From a virus (lineage: Duplodnaviria > Caudoviricetes): a stretch of 64,000 nt of DNA. Location: positions 33,073 to 97,072 of the IMG/VR virus record IMGVR_UViG_3300003086_000114; one strand, 5' to 3'. Position numbers and translations under genes: made by a program. Shown here in pieces: positions 29,506 through 38,631 of this stretch. The notes below the pieces were generated by a model, which was not told the origin of the DNA, did no database searches, and saw only the letters and a list, made by a program, of their open reading frames with translations. The first letter of the stretch is position 1. Each line of letters begins with the position of its first letter.

Positions 29506-30243
29506 ATGAGATCACATGAATTCACACAATTAGATGAAGCTTTGCCATTTTTCGCAGGTGCGGCGGCTGCGGCTGCGAAGTACGGACCAAAAGCTTTAAA
29601 AGCTCTTAAAAGCTTTACAAAGAAAAAAGTAGATCCTGCGTCGATTGGGCAAGGCGTGGCTGCCACCGCAACTGGTGTAGGTTTAGCTGGAATGGCAGTT
29701 GATAAGTTATCAAGTGAGAAGACACCAAACGGTATAGATTACGACAAAGCCTACAACGCGTTTAATGCCGCTGAGATGTCAAGTGTTGATGCAGGTAAGG
29801 ACGGCTCAGGACATTACATACGTACACACGGTGCTAAAAAAGGCACGCAAGCATATAAAACAGGTTCAAGCGCATACGGTCCTACACAGTTAAACAAAAC
29901 AACAGCCCAAGACTTCACTACACGATATCCAAAAGCATTTAAAGGGCAAGAGGATTACGCAAAGAAGTACATACATCAAGGTTCGCATTTTAACAAACAT
30001 AAAAGAGGAACTGATTCAAAATATAAGTATGGTGGTAAGGGTGACTTATCAGGGACCGAATACCATGCACCATATAAAAAGTTCAATCAAACTATTATGC
30101 GACAAATGGGCAACGAGCTTAAAAGTAAAAACCCACAATCGGGTATCAAAGACTTAGTACAAAGATGGCGTGGTAAATCAGCCTCTGAAGATCCTAGGTA
30201 CTACGACGAGTTCTTTAATAGATATAATCAACAACAACCTTAG
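29506..30243 (+). CDS. Putative virion lytic transglycosylase (lysozyme-like) with leader MRSHEFTQLDE and amphipathic N-terminus
   Basis: Helix ending AAEMSS (candidate catalytic Glu), then SSAYGPTQLNKTTA, resembling the SLT GAxGLMQLMPxTA motif. Confidence 0.55.
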   Translation: MRSHEFTQLDEALPFFAGAAAAAAKYGPKALKALKSFTKKKVDPASIGQGVAATATGVGLAGMAVDKLSSEKTPNGIDYDKAYNAFNAAEMSSVDAGKDGSGHYIRTHGAKKGTQAYKTGSSAYGPTQLNKTTAQDFTTRYPKAFKGQEDYAKKYIHQGSHFNKHKRGTDSKYKYGGKGDLSGTEYHAPYKKFNQTIMRQMGNELKSKNPQSGIKDLVQRWRGKSASEDPRYYDEFFNRYNQQQP

Positions 30244-30245
30244 TC

Positions 30246-30252
30246 ATAAATA
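30246..30252 (+). promoter_or_regulatory. Late-promoter-like ATAAATA
   Basis: Lies 5 nt before ATG 30258. Confidence 0.6.
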
Positions 30253-30257
30253 CACTT

Positions 30258-30413
30258 ATGAAAGTACGCGAAATAATGGAAACAACATCAGGCGGTATCG
30301 CAACAGTATCAGCGCCATTGGGCGGAACTATTAAGAGGGGCAATCCTAGCATTTACCCTACTGTATCGAAATCTAAGAAAAAGTACGCTAATAGCGTAAA
30401 GGCTAAGAAATGA
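30258..30413 (+). CDS. 51-aa basic protein with leader MKVREIME
   Basis: Translated by hand (MKVREIMETTSGGIATVSAPLGG...KAKK); its stop overlaps the next ATG (ATGA). Confidence 0.7.
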   Translation: MKVREIMETTSGGIATVSAPLGGTIKRGNPSIYPTVSKSKKKYANSVKAKK

Positions 30414-30787
30414 AACTATTTGAATTATTCGAAGACGACAAGGAAAATAGTCAAGACGTAAAAATCCGTGATCCTTTAGCTAGACGCTTAATGGATAAGG
30501 CACGAGCCCAGTATGCGTACACAGACTCAGATATGGAAGCTTTTGTTAAGCTAATGGCTGATGAGCAAGAACGTGATAAGAAAAACATTAACAGCTTAGA
30601 AGATAGCGTCGCCCACGCTGACGAAGTAAACAAACAGCAGTCACGACAACTTGCAATACTAAAACAACAAGAAAAAGAAGATCGTAGATCACTTGATCAA
30701 CATCGTGCTAAAATAGATGCAATCAAAGCAGAAATCGACAGCATAGAAGATAGAACAGACTTGTTATCGTTAAATTCACAATATTAA
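30410..30787 (+). CDS. Coiled-coil protein with leader MKLFELFE
   Basis: ORF track; heptad-like C-terminal half. Confidence 0.65.
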   Translation: MKLFELFEDDKENSQDVKIRDPLARRLMDKARAQYAYTDSDMEAFVKLMADEQERDKKNINSLEDSVAHADEVNKQQSRQLAILKQQEKEDRRSLDQHRAKIDAIKAEIDSIEDRTDLLSLNSQY

Positions 30788-30885
30788 CCTAACTCATTAA
30801 CTTTAATTAGGTGCTATATGCATCTTTTTTATTCTGTATAGTAGTATAATATTAGGTAATTACAATTTATTACCTAGGAGACACT

Positions 30886-31149
30886 ATGCCAGATTCAACG
30901 ATATTCACCCCAGAACAAAAAAAGAAGTTAGAGCAACTGTTTAAAGAGGGCATTAGTGTAATGTCGGAAGTTCAAATCCTTAACGAAGGATTAGCAGACA
31001 CAATTAAAGCAATTGCAGAAGAAATGGAAGTTAAGCCTGGCGTACTAAAGAAAGCCGTTAGAGTGGCTTATAAGGTAAATTTTCAGCAAGCAGTTGACGA
31101 CCACGAGCTACTAGAAACTATCTTAGAAACAGTGGGTCGCACTGACTAG
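30886..31149 (+). CDS. T4 DsbA-like double-stranded DNA-binding protein
   Basis: 87-aa helical protein (IKAIAEEMEVKPGVLKKAVRVAYK) with AGGAG RBS, upstream of the polymerase. Confidence 0.55.
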   Translation: MPDSTIFTPEQKKKLEQLFKEGISVMSEVQILNEGLADTIKAIAEEMEVKPGVLKKAVRVAYKVNFQQAVDDHELLETILETVGRTD

Positions 31150-31158
31150 AAGACCACA

Positions 31159-32148
31159 ATGATGAAGCCACGTATTTCTAAAGATCATATCACATGGGGT
31201 AGTAATTACGCTATGATGCATGACAACCTTACAAGGAAAATAAAAAAACAAAAATATACAATTTTACCAATGGATACTATATTCAGATGCGTAAAATTAA
31301 CCAATGCATCTATTGTGCTTTTGAGATTTGGTGATGTTCCTTGCGACAGATTAAACTTAGTAGAAATGGATAAGATAGCAGAACAGCAAAATCTTAAATT
31401 TACAATAATTACAGATGTATTCTATACTGAAGAATTTGAAAGTAGTTTTATTAAAATTTTATTTGTGAAAGAATTCTACGGAGTATATTACAACGACTAT
31501 GTAAGTTCAGACCTGTTAACTTACGATAAATTATACAATTTTTTAGTACAGAGGACAGAAGAGAACAGGACTCATCAATTTTATGAATTTTTTAAACATA
31601 ATTTAATTGATCTAGGAAAAGTTAGTCTTTTAGCATATCAGATAGACAGCAATGTATCTCCAAGCGATATTGTTAATGATATTAACAAAGAAGCTGGGTA
31701 TATATACAGCGATATGATAGATAGATTAACTTTTCCATTTGCAAACTTTGACGAACCTGATACTTTATTCGAGTTAGAATCTAGCACAAAATACTCTATT
31801 GTTTTTGAAACTTACAACGATTTACATAACCTTCAATGGTGCGTGTTCACTGAAAAAACAATGAGAAGTCTACAGGTTGCAAACATTTCTATATTACAAA
31901 ATAAAACAGGATCAGTTAAAATATTAGAAGAAATGGGATTTAAAGTACATCCTATTAACCACGTATTAGATCAAATGACAGGATGTTTGTTGCAGGCTAA
32001 ATTTGTTATTAAATTATTAGAGCATGATATGTTTGGCTTTGATAACATAATCGAAACCGCAGAACATAACCAAGCATTACTAAAATCTTGGTACGATGAG
32101 TTACAGACTGAGGAATTTTATAATAACGTAGTTGATCAAGTATTATGA
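31159..32148 (+). CDS. Glycosyltransferase-like protein (ET..TEK family)
   Basis: IVFETY...VFTEKTMR...LEEMGF...AEHNQ. Confidence 0.5.
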   Translation: MMKPRISKDHITWGSNYAMMHDNLTRKIKKQKYTILPMDTIFRCVKLTNASIVLLRFGDVPCDRLNLVEMDKIAEQQNLKFTIITDVFYTEEFESSFIKILFVKEFYGVYYNDYVSSDLLTYDKLYNFLVQRTEENRTHQFYEFFKHNLIDLGKVSLLAYQIDSNVSPSDIVNDINKEAGYIYSDMIDRLTFPFANFDEPDTLFELESSTKYSIVFETYNDLHNLQWCVFTEKTMRSLQVANISILQNKTGSVKILEEMGFKVHPINHVLDQMTGCLLQAKFVIKLLEHDMFGFDNIIETAEHNQALLKSWYDELQTEEFYNNVVDQVL

Positions 32149-32187
32149 AATTTTTATCGGTTTTAAATAACACATATAATACATAAC

Positions 32188-34890
32188 ATGGCATATATTG
32201 ACGCAATTTACGATCACGAGCATGACAAGATACATGTGGTAGAACGAGTAGATGGAAAACGTAAATTAATAATTTACAACCCTAAGTACGAATTTTATTA
32301 TGACGATCTTGCAGGCAAGTACCTTAACGTATTTGGTAACCCTGTAAGTAAAGTTAAGGCAAGAAACAAAGGTGAATTTCGTAAAGAAGTAGCTATTCAT
32401 GATAACAAGAAGACATACGAAAGTGATATTAATGTTGTTAACAAGTGCCTAGAAGAGAACTATAAAAATGCCGATTCACCGGAATTACATACAATATTCT
32501 TTGATATTGAAGTAGATTTTGATTTAGAGAAAGGCTTTAGTCCGCCTAAAGATCCGTTCAATCCAGTTACAGCAATTGCACTTTATCTATCATGGACTAA
32601 GCAACTTATATGTCTTGCAGTGCCACCCAAGGGCATGCTACGTGAAAAGGCAGATGAGATTGCGGACAAGTTTGAGAACACTATAATCTGCGACACCGAG
32701 AAAGAAATGTTAATAGCGTTTCTAGACTTAATTGAAGATGGCGATATATTAAGCGGTTGGAACAGTGAAGGATTTGATATACCGTACATGGTTAATCGCA
32801 TTACTAGAGTACTAAGTAAAAACGATACAAGACGCTTTTGTTTATGGGATAAGTTCCCTAGAAAGCGTAAATTTGAACGTTACGGGGCAGAGCAAGAAAC
32901 GTACGACTTACACGGCAGGGTACACGTTGACTATATGCAACTGTACAGAAAGTACACATATCAAGAAATGCATTCTTATTCACTAGATGCTATATCAGAG
33001 TATGAGCTAGGTGAAACTAAGGTAGCATACGCAGGTACATTAGATCAATTGTACAATCAAGACTTTGAAAAGTTCATTGACTATAACAGACAAGATACAA
33101 TGCTGTTAGCGAAGATGGAAGAGAAGCTTAAATTCTTAGAACTAGCAAATGAATTAGCACATTCAAACACAGTATTAATACCAGCTACAATGGGTACTGT
33201 TGCTACTGTAGAACAAGCTATCATTAACGAAGCACATGAACGTGGTATGGTAGTGCCAGATAGGATTAGATCCGAAGGCAACACACAAGCCGCTGGTGCG
33301 TATGTAGCAAAACCTAAAAAAGGAGTACATAAATGGATAGGATCAGTTGATATCAACAGCTTGTATCCATCTGTTATTAGATCGTTAAATATGGCTCCTG
33401 AAACTATCATAGGACAATTCAGACCTATAGAAACTGACAAACATGTTGCAAGTAAAATGGGAGATCAATTCCGCAACGGTAAAAAGTATGTAGGTGCTTC
33501 ATTTGCAGGTGCATGGGAAGGACTATTTGGCTCATTTGAATACACAGCAGTAATGGAAAGAAGAATTGACTTTAGTGTTACTGTTGATTGGATTAACGGT
33601 GACGAAACACAACACTCAGCAAAAGAGATACATGATATTATTTTTAACCAAGGTAGCAACTGGTCATTAAGTGCTAACGGCACTATATTTTCATATGAAA
33701 AAGCAGGTATTATACCAGGACTATTAGAGCGTTGGTACGCAGAACGCAAAGAACTACAAGCAAAACTACGCAAATCAGAAACCGAAGAAGATAAATCGTT
33801 TTGGGACAAGAGACAGCTTATTAAAAAGATTCTATTAAACAGCTTGTACGGTGCAATTCTTAACCCGCACTGTAGATTCTTTGATAAGCGCATAGGACAG
33901 TCAACTACATTAACAGGTAGAGCAATTGCAAAACATATGGATGCACATGTTAACGAATGTTTAACTGGCGAATATGATCATGTAGGTAAATGTATTATAT
34001 ACGGTGATACAGACTCAGCATACTTTAGTGCTTGGCCAGTAATGGAAGAAGCAGTTGCAAATGGTGCTGAGTGGGATAAAGAAATAGCAACTGCATTGTA
34101 CGAAGGATTAGCAGATGATGTAAATGTTAGTTTTCCTCTTTATATGGAACGCGCACATAACGTACCTATAGAGAAAGGCGAAATTATTAAGTGTGGTCGC
34201 GAGATAACCGGCGAAAGTGGCTTATTCATTAAGAAGAAACGTTACGCTATAATGGTATACGACAGTGAAGGCACACGATATGATATAGATAATAAACCAG
34301 GCAAAGTTAAAGCTATGGGGTTAGATTTAAAACGCAGTGATACTCCTGTAGTAATACAAGACTTCTTGAAGGATATATTAAACGATTTGCTTACAAATAG
34401 AAATGAGGAGTTCATTATTGAGAAGATTATAGACTTTAAAAAAAGTTTTAAAGACAAGCCTAGTTGGGAAAAGGGATCACCAAAACGTGTTAATAAATTA
34501 ACACACTACCGTAAAATAATGCAGACCGAAAAAGTAGAGAGGGGAAAAGGTAACAAGGTACCTACTATTCCAGGACATGTTAGAGCGGCAGTAAATTGGA
34601 ATACCTTGCGTAACATGCACAGAGATAACTACAGTATAGAAATACAAGATGGCATGAAAACTGTTGTGTGTAAACTTAAAGATAATCCTCTAGGATTCAA
34701 AAGCATAGGTATTCCAACTGATGAAACTAATATACCAGAATGGTACAAAGAATTACCGTTCGACGACGAACTAATGGAAACAGCTCTTATTGATAAAAAA
34801 GTTGAAAATTTACTAGGTGTACTAAATTGGGATATATCTAGAAGAACAGACATTAGCAACACATTCCAACAGCTATTCGACTTCAAATGA
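32188..34890 (+). CDS. Family B DNA polymerase (T4 gp43-like) with 3'-5' exonuclease
   Basis: ExoI FFDIEV, ExoII GWNSEGFDIPY, ExoIII YNRQD; polymerase motifs DINSLYPS, KILLNSLYG, YGDTDS and KKRY. Confidence 0.97.
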   Translation: MAYIDAIYDHEHDKIHVVERVDGKRKLIIYNPKYEFYYDDLAGKYLNVFGNPVSKVKARNKGEFRKEVAIHDNKKTYESDINVVNKCLEENYKNADSPELHTIFFDIEVDFDLEKGFSPPKDPFNPVTAIALYLSWTKQLICLAVPPKGMLREKADEIADKFENTIICDTEKEMLIAFLDLIEDGDILSGWNSEGFDIPYMVNRITRVLSKNDTRRFCLWDKFPRKRKFERYGAEQETYDLHGRVHVDYMQLYRKYTYQEMHSYSLDAISEYELGETKVAYAGTLDQLYNQDFEKFIDYNRQDTMLLAKMEEKLKFLELANELAHSNTVLIPATMGTVATVEQAIINEAHERGMVVPDRIRSEGNTQAAGAYVAKPKKGVHKWIGSVDINSLYPSVIRSLNMAPETIIGQFRPIETDKHVASKMGDQFRNGKKYVGASFAGAWEGLFGSFEYTAVMERRIDFSVTVDWINGDETQHSAKEIHDIIFNQGSNWSLSANGTIFSYEKAGIIPGLLERWYAERKELQAKLRKSETEEDKSFWDKRQLIKKILLNSLYGAILNPHCRFFDKRIGQSTTLTGRAIAKHMDAHVNECLTGEYDHVGKCIIYGDTDSAYFSAWPVMEEAVANGAEWDKEIATALYEGLADDVNVSFPLYMERAHNVPIEKGEIIKCGREITGESGLFIKKKRYAIMVYDSEGTRYDIDNKPGKVKAMGLDLKRSDTPVVIQDFLKDILNDLLTNRNEEFIIEKIIDFKKSFKDKPSWEKGSPKRVNKLTHYRKIMQTEKVERGKGNKVPTIPGHVRAAVNWNTLRNMHRDNYSIEIQDGMKTVVCKLKDNPLGFKSIGIPTDETNIPEWYKELPFDDELMETALIDKKVENLLGVLNWDISRRTDISNTFQQLFDFK

Positions 34891-35837
34891 AAGATCCTTT
34901 AAGCTATTTTGTAAAATACAAAACTATCGTTGATAACACATCAGTCGATGCTATTACTAAACAAGTAGATAATGCTTTATCGTCTACATTAAATGCATTA
35001 GGCAAATCTGCATTTAATGTAGAATTAAAAGATGAACTATTAAAAAAGAAAATAGAAGTAATAAACCAGATTAATGAGTTCGATGAACTTTTATCTGAAT
35101 TTAAAGACAGTACTGCTAATAGGTTAAAAAAAGAGGAGTCTGGATACTTATCAACAAGTTATAAAATATACGAAGATAGCAAGGATCAAGATGATTCAAC
35201 ATATATATTAGATCGTGTATTATTTCAAGCTCTAATATATCGGGATGAAATAGATGAAGGATTTTTTAATCGAATACATTATCATAGTAGTTGGAAACAC
35301 ACAGGTATGTTTATTCGTCCTGAATATGGAAAATATATAGATAAGATGACATCGTCAGATCCACTATACGTAGTTGACGAATCTGAAGAGCTTCTTAAGC
35401 CTATAAAAAGTCATTGGACTAAACAATATCAAGACAGGCTAAGATATCGAGTCATCGACGAAGAAAAAGATATAATTTTTAAAAACTTTCCGCTAGGGCA
35501 GTTTGGATTTATTGTTGCTATGAACTTTTTTAACCATAAACCATTGGATGTTATTAGACAATACTTAACAGAGATATATGATTTATTAAAACCTGGAGGG
35601 GTGTTGTTGTTTACTTACAATAACTGTGATTTTCCTATTGCTGTGCAAAATTTCGAAAAATCGTTGTATTCATATACACCTGGAGCACTAGTAGAACCAC
35701 TGACAGAATTAATAGGTTTTGAAATTCTTAAATCATTTGGCGACCCCGAGACCAATGTTAGTTGGTTAGAACTTAAAAAGTCTGGCAAACTAACTTCATT
35801 AAGGGGCGGACAATGTTTGGCCAAAATAAACAGTTAA
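34887..35837 (+). CDS. Class I SAM-dependent methyltransferase-like protein with N-terminal coiled coil
   Basis: FGFIVAMNFFNH...YLTEIYDLLKPGGVLLFTY; motif I is degenerate. Confidence 0.6.
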   Translation: MKDPLSYFVKYKTIVDNTSVDAITKQVDNALSSTLNALGKSAFNVELKDELLKKKIEVINQINEFDELLSEFKDSTANRLKKEESGYLSTSYKIYEDSKDQDDSTYILDRVLFQALIYRDEIDEGFFNRIHYHSSWKHTGMFIRPEYGKYIDKMTSSDPLYVVDESEELLKPIKSHWTKQYQDRLRYRVIDEEKDIIFKNFPLGQFGFIVAMNFFNHKPLDVIRQYLTEIYDLLKPGGVLLFTYNNCDFPIAVQNFEKSLYSYTPGALVEPLTELIGFEILKSFGDPETNVSWLELKKSGKLTSLRGGQCLAKINS

Positions 35838-35902
35838 GGTTACAATCGCCTAAATAAACCTATATAATATTTTTATAATTTAACTTTTTAAAGGAGAAAA
35901 AA

Positions 35903-36637
35903 ATGAAGGATTACCTTTTAGACCTAGTTAGTCACACACATGACTTAGGTTGTATTGATCTAGTAAAGATCACAGGAAACGACGAATTTACAGAAATTAA
36001 CGGTTTAGCAGACGATCGAAGTGTAGTAGTACAAGCACAATTCGCAACTCCAGTACTAGAATTCAAAGGCACATTTGGTATGCCAGACCTAAGTAACCTA
36101 AAACGGTTGCTTACTATTCCAGAGTACTTAAAGGACGCTAACATTACAGTAAAACGCCAGGATAGAGGTGAAGATAAGAATACGCCTGTAGGCTTACATT
36201 TTGAGAATAAAGGAGCAGATTTTAACAACGACTATCGCTTTATGGTAAGTGAAATTGTTAATGATAAACTTAAAGCAGTTAAGTTCAAAGGTGCTAATTG
36301 GGACGTAGAGTTTACACCTGTAGAGATGAGCATACAGCGTTTAAAGTATCAAGCAGACGTGAGTCCTAACGAAACTACATTTAAAGCAAAAACAGAAGAT
36401 GGTAACCTAGTGTTTATGTTTGGTGATCATAGTACACATGCAGGACACTTTGTATTTCAAGCAGGCATAGAAGGCACATTAAAGGGAGCATGGCATTGGC
36501 CTATCAAACATGTTATTAGTATTCTTAATCTAACAGGTACTAAGACGATGAGGATTAGTGACAACGGTGCGGCAGAGATTACAGTTGATAGCGGTATAGC
36601 AGTGTACAATTACATTCTACCAGCACAGAGTAAGTAA
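35903..36637 (+). CDS. Putative DNA polymerase sliding clamp (gp45-like)
   Basis: 244 aa, two-domain beta/alpha pattern, AAGGAG RBS, located next to the polymerase. Confidence 0.6.
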   Translation: MKDYLLDLVSHTHDLGCIDLVKITGNDEFTEINGLADDRSVVVQAQFATPVLEFKGTFGMPDLSNLKRLLTIPEYLKDANITVKRQDRGEDKNTPVGLHFENKGADFNNDYRFMVSEIVNDKLKAVKFKGANWDVEFTPVEMSIQRLKYQADVSPNETTFKAKTEDGNLVFMFGDHSTHAGHFVFQAGIEGTLKGAWHWPIKHVISILNLTGTKTMRISDNGAAEITVDSGIAVYNYILPAQSK

Positions 36638-36640
36638 GTA

Positions 36641-38092
36641 ATGAACAAAGATCTAACTAAGGCACAGAACGACTATGCTATATTTTTACCTGCTATTAGT
36701 AGCTTTTACAGTACATACATAGGTAAACAACAGCATGGCGAGTACGTTCCTAAATCTAGGATGCCAACAGGTATTCCAGAAATGGAGAACATGAATTTCT
36801 TTAACAAAAAGAAAGGACACTTTACATATAAGTGGGGCTTATACTCTGCAGGACATGCCAAGTTAGATATGGATAAAGACGAGCCAGGGGAAAGCATGTT
36901 ACGTAATCGTAGTTCAGATACGTTCTTAATTGCTGACTCTGGAGGTTTCCAAATTGGTAAGGGCGTGTGGAAAGGTAAGTGGAATGATCCTAGTGATGCC
37001 GATGCAGAGAAACGACGTGCATTAGTACTTAAATGGTTATGTAAGATATCTGATTACAGTATGGTGCTTGATATACCATCTTGGTCATACCAGAACCCTG
37101 AGGTAGCAGAAGCTATAGGCATACACAGCTTTGAAGATGCAGTAAGTGCAACAAAGTACAACAACGAGTACTTCATTAAAAACAGAACAGGCGATACTAA
37201 GTTCTTAAACGTACTGCAAGGTGGTAATCACCATGAAGCAGATCTTTGGTACGATGAGATGAAAGACTACTGCGATCCAACAAAACACGACAATCATTTT
37301 AATGGCTGGGGTATGGGAGGACAGAACATGTGTGACATTCACTTGGTCCTGAAACGCCTTGTTACGCTAATATATGACGGTCTGCTAGTAGAAGGAATAC
37401 ATGACTGGATGCACTTCTTAGGCACTAGTAAACTAGAATGGGCAACACTATTAACTGATATACAACGTTCAGTACGTAAGTATCACAACCCTAACTTTAC
37501 TATATCATTTGACTGTGCTAGTCCGTTCTTAGCAACAGCAAATGGACAGATATACCACAACACTGAAACAAAAGATAGAACTAAGTGGGTATATAGAATG
37601 TCACCTACAGCAGATGATAAGAAGTACGCAAGTGACACACGTAAGTTTAGTGATGGTTGTATAGCCGATGGCATACATAAGACATTCCAAAATAGTCCTA
37701 TTAGTGAACAGCTACTAATAAAAGATATCTGTGTGTACGCACCGGGTGACTTAAACAAGATAGGCAAAGAAGGTAAGACAAGTTGGGATAGTTTCAGTTA
37801 TGCGTTAATGATGGGGCATAATGTATGGTTCCACATTAATGCAGTACAAGAAGCCAATAGACAGTATGATGCCGGTAATACACCAAACATGCTTATTAAC
37901 GATACGTTTACTGCTGTAAGATTTAAAGACTTAGTAAACGATATTTTTAGTGCAGGCTCTAAGCAGGCAAGTATGGATATTATCGAGAACAACTCTAGGT
38001 ACTGGCAAAGTATAATAGGAACTAGAGGATTTACAGGCAAGCGCAACGTTAACGCAAGTGCGCAATTTAATAACTTATTTGAGATGGCATAA
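36641..38092 (+). CDS. dpdA: TGT-family guanine transglycosylase, probably DNA-acting DpdA
   Basis: ADSGGFQ, MVLDIP, NVLQG, GWGMGG, HFLGTS and SFDCASP; clustered with folE and queE. Confidence 0.85.
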   Translation: MNKDLTKAQNDYAIFLPAISSFYSTYIGKQQHGEYVPKSRMPTGIPEMENMNFFNKKKGHFTYKWGLYSAGHAKLDMDKDEPGESMLRNRSSDTFLIADSGGFQIGKGVWKGKWNDPSDADAEKRRALVLKWLCKISDYSMVLDIPSWSYQNPEVAEAIGIHSFEDAVSATKYNNEYFIKNRTGDTKFLNVLQGGNHHEADLWYDEMKDYCDPTKHDNHFNGWGMGGQNMCDIHLVLKRLVTLIYDGLLVEGIHDWMHFLGTSKLEWATLLTDIQRSVRKYHNPNFTISFDCASPFLATANGQIYHNTETKDRTKWVYRMSPTADDKKYASDTRKFSDGCIADGIHKTFQNSPISEQLLIKDICVYAPGDLNKIGKEGKTSWDSFSYALMMGHNVWFHINAVQEANRQYDAGNTPNMLINDTFTAVRFKDLVNDIFSAGSKQASMDIIENNSRYWQSIIGTRGFTGKRNVNASAQFNNLFEMA

Positions 38093-38631
38093 TGATTAGA
38101 GATTATCAAGACGGTGTAAAGGGTGACGTTAAGTTCTTTGTAGGCAAAGAGGTAGAACACACTGCTACACACGGACAAAAAACCCTATTTGTAGCTGGTA
38201 TGCCGGATATAGTAGAGATATCAGAAAAGCTACAGTACAAAACTGTATGCAAAGATATCAAACACATCTATTTTGGTGCTAATCAAAGCTTTAACATTAA
38301 AAAATGGGATGAGTTTAGAGCATGGGAAGAAGTAATAAACCATTTCTTAATATTAGACTATTGGTGTACCTTAGACTTTGATGTAAAACTAATAGACATA
38401 CTTAATGAGTCGCTTTTGGTAGAGCACAATAGGTTTATACCTATGATCTCTGTTAAACTACCTTTTGCACGCAACTTAGGTTACAATGCAACTGTTAAGA
38501 TAGACGATAGTGATTACAGTCATTCTAACCCTGGTGTATGGTGTCACCAACTGCACGACTTAATGTCTAAAGACAACTTTACAAGCTGGGACGAATATAC
38601 AAGCGATACAATACTAGGTGACTACAACTAA
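38092..38631 (+). CDS. Hypothetical protein translationally coupled to dpdA
   Basis: TAATG overlaps at both ends; motifs GKEVEHT, HIYFGANQSF and KIDD...NPGVWCH. Confidence 0.7.
   Translation: MIRDYQDGVKGDVKFFVGKEVEHTATHGQKTLFVAGMPDIVEISEKLQYKTVCKDIKHIYFGANQSFNIKKWDEFRAWEEVINHFLILDYWCTLDFDVKLIDILNESLLVEHNRFIPMISVKLPFARNLGYNATVKIDDSDYSHSNPGVWCHQLHDLMSKDNFTSWDEYTSDTILGDYN

Noticed and set aside
32188-34890. Intein or intron in the DNA polymerase
   Set aside because: The 900-aa ORF is continuous. The extra segment after motif A is short, with no C-terminal HN-[CST] intein junction or endonuclease motif.
36641-38092. Housekeeping tRNA-guanine transglycosylase (Tgt)
   Set aside because: It lacks the CxCxxC zinc motif of bacterial Tgt and sits in a phage replication operon with folE and queE. 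A DNA-acting DpdA is favoured but not proven.
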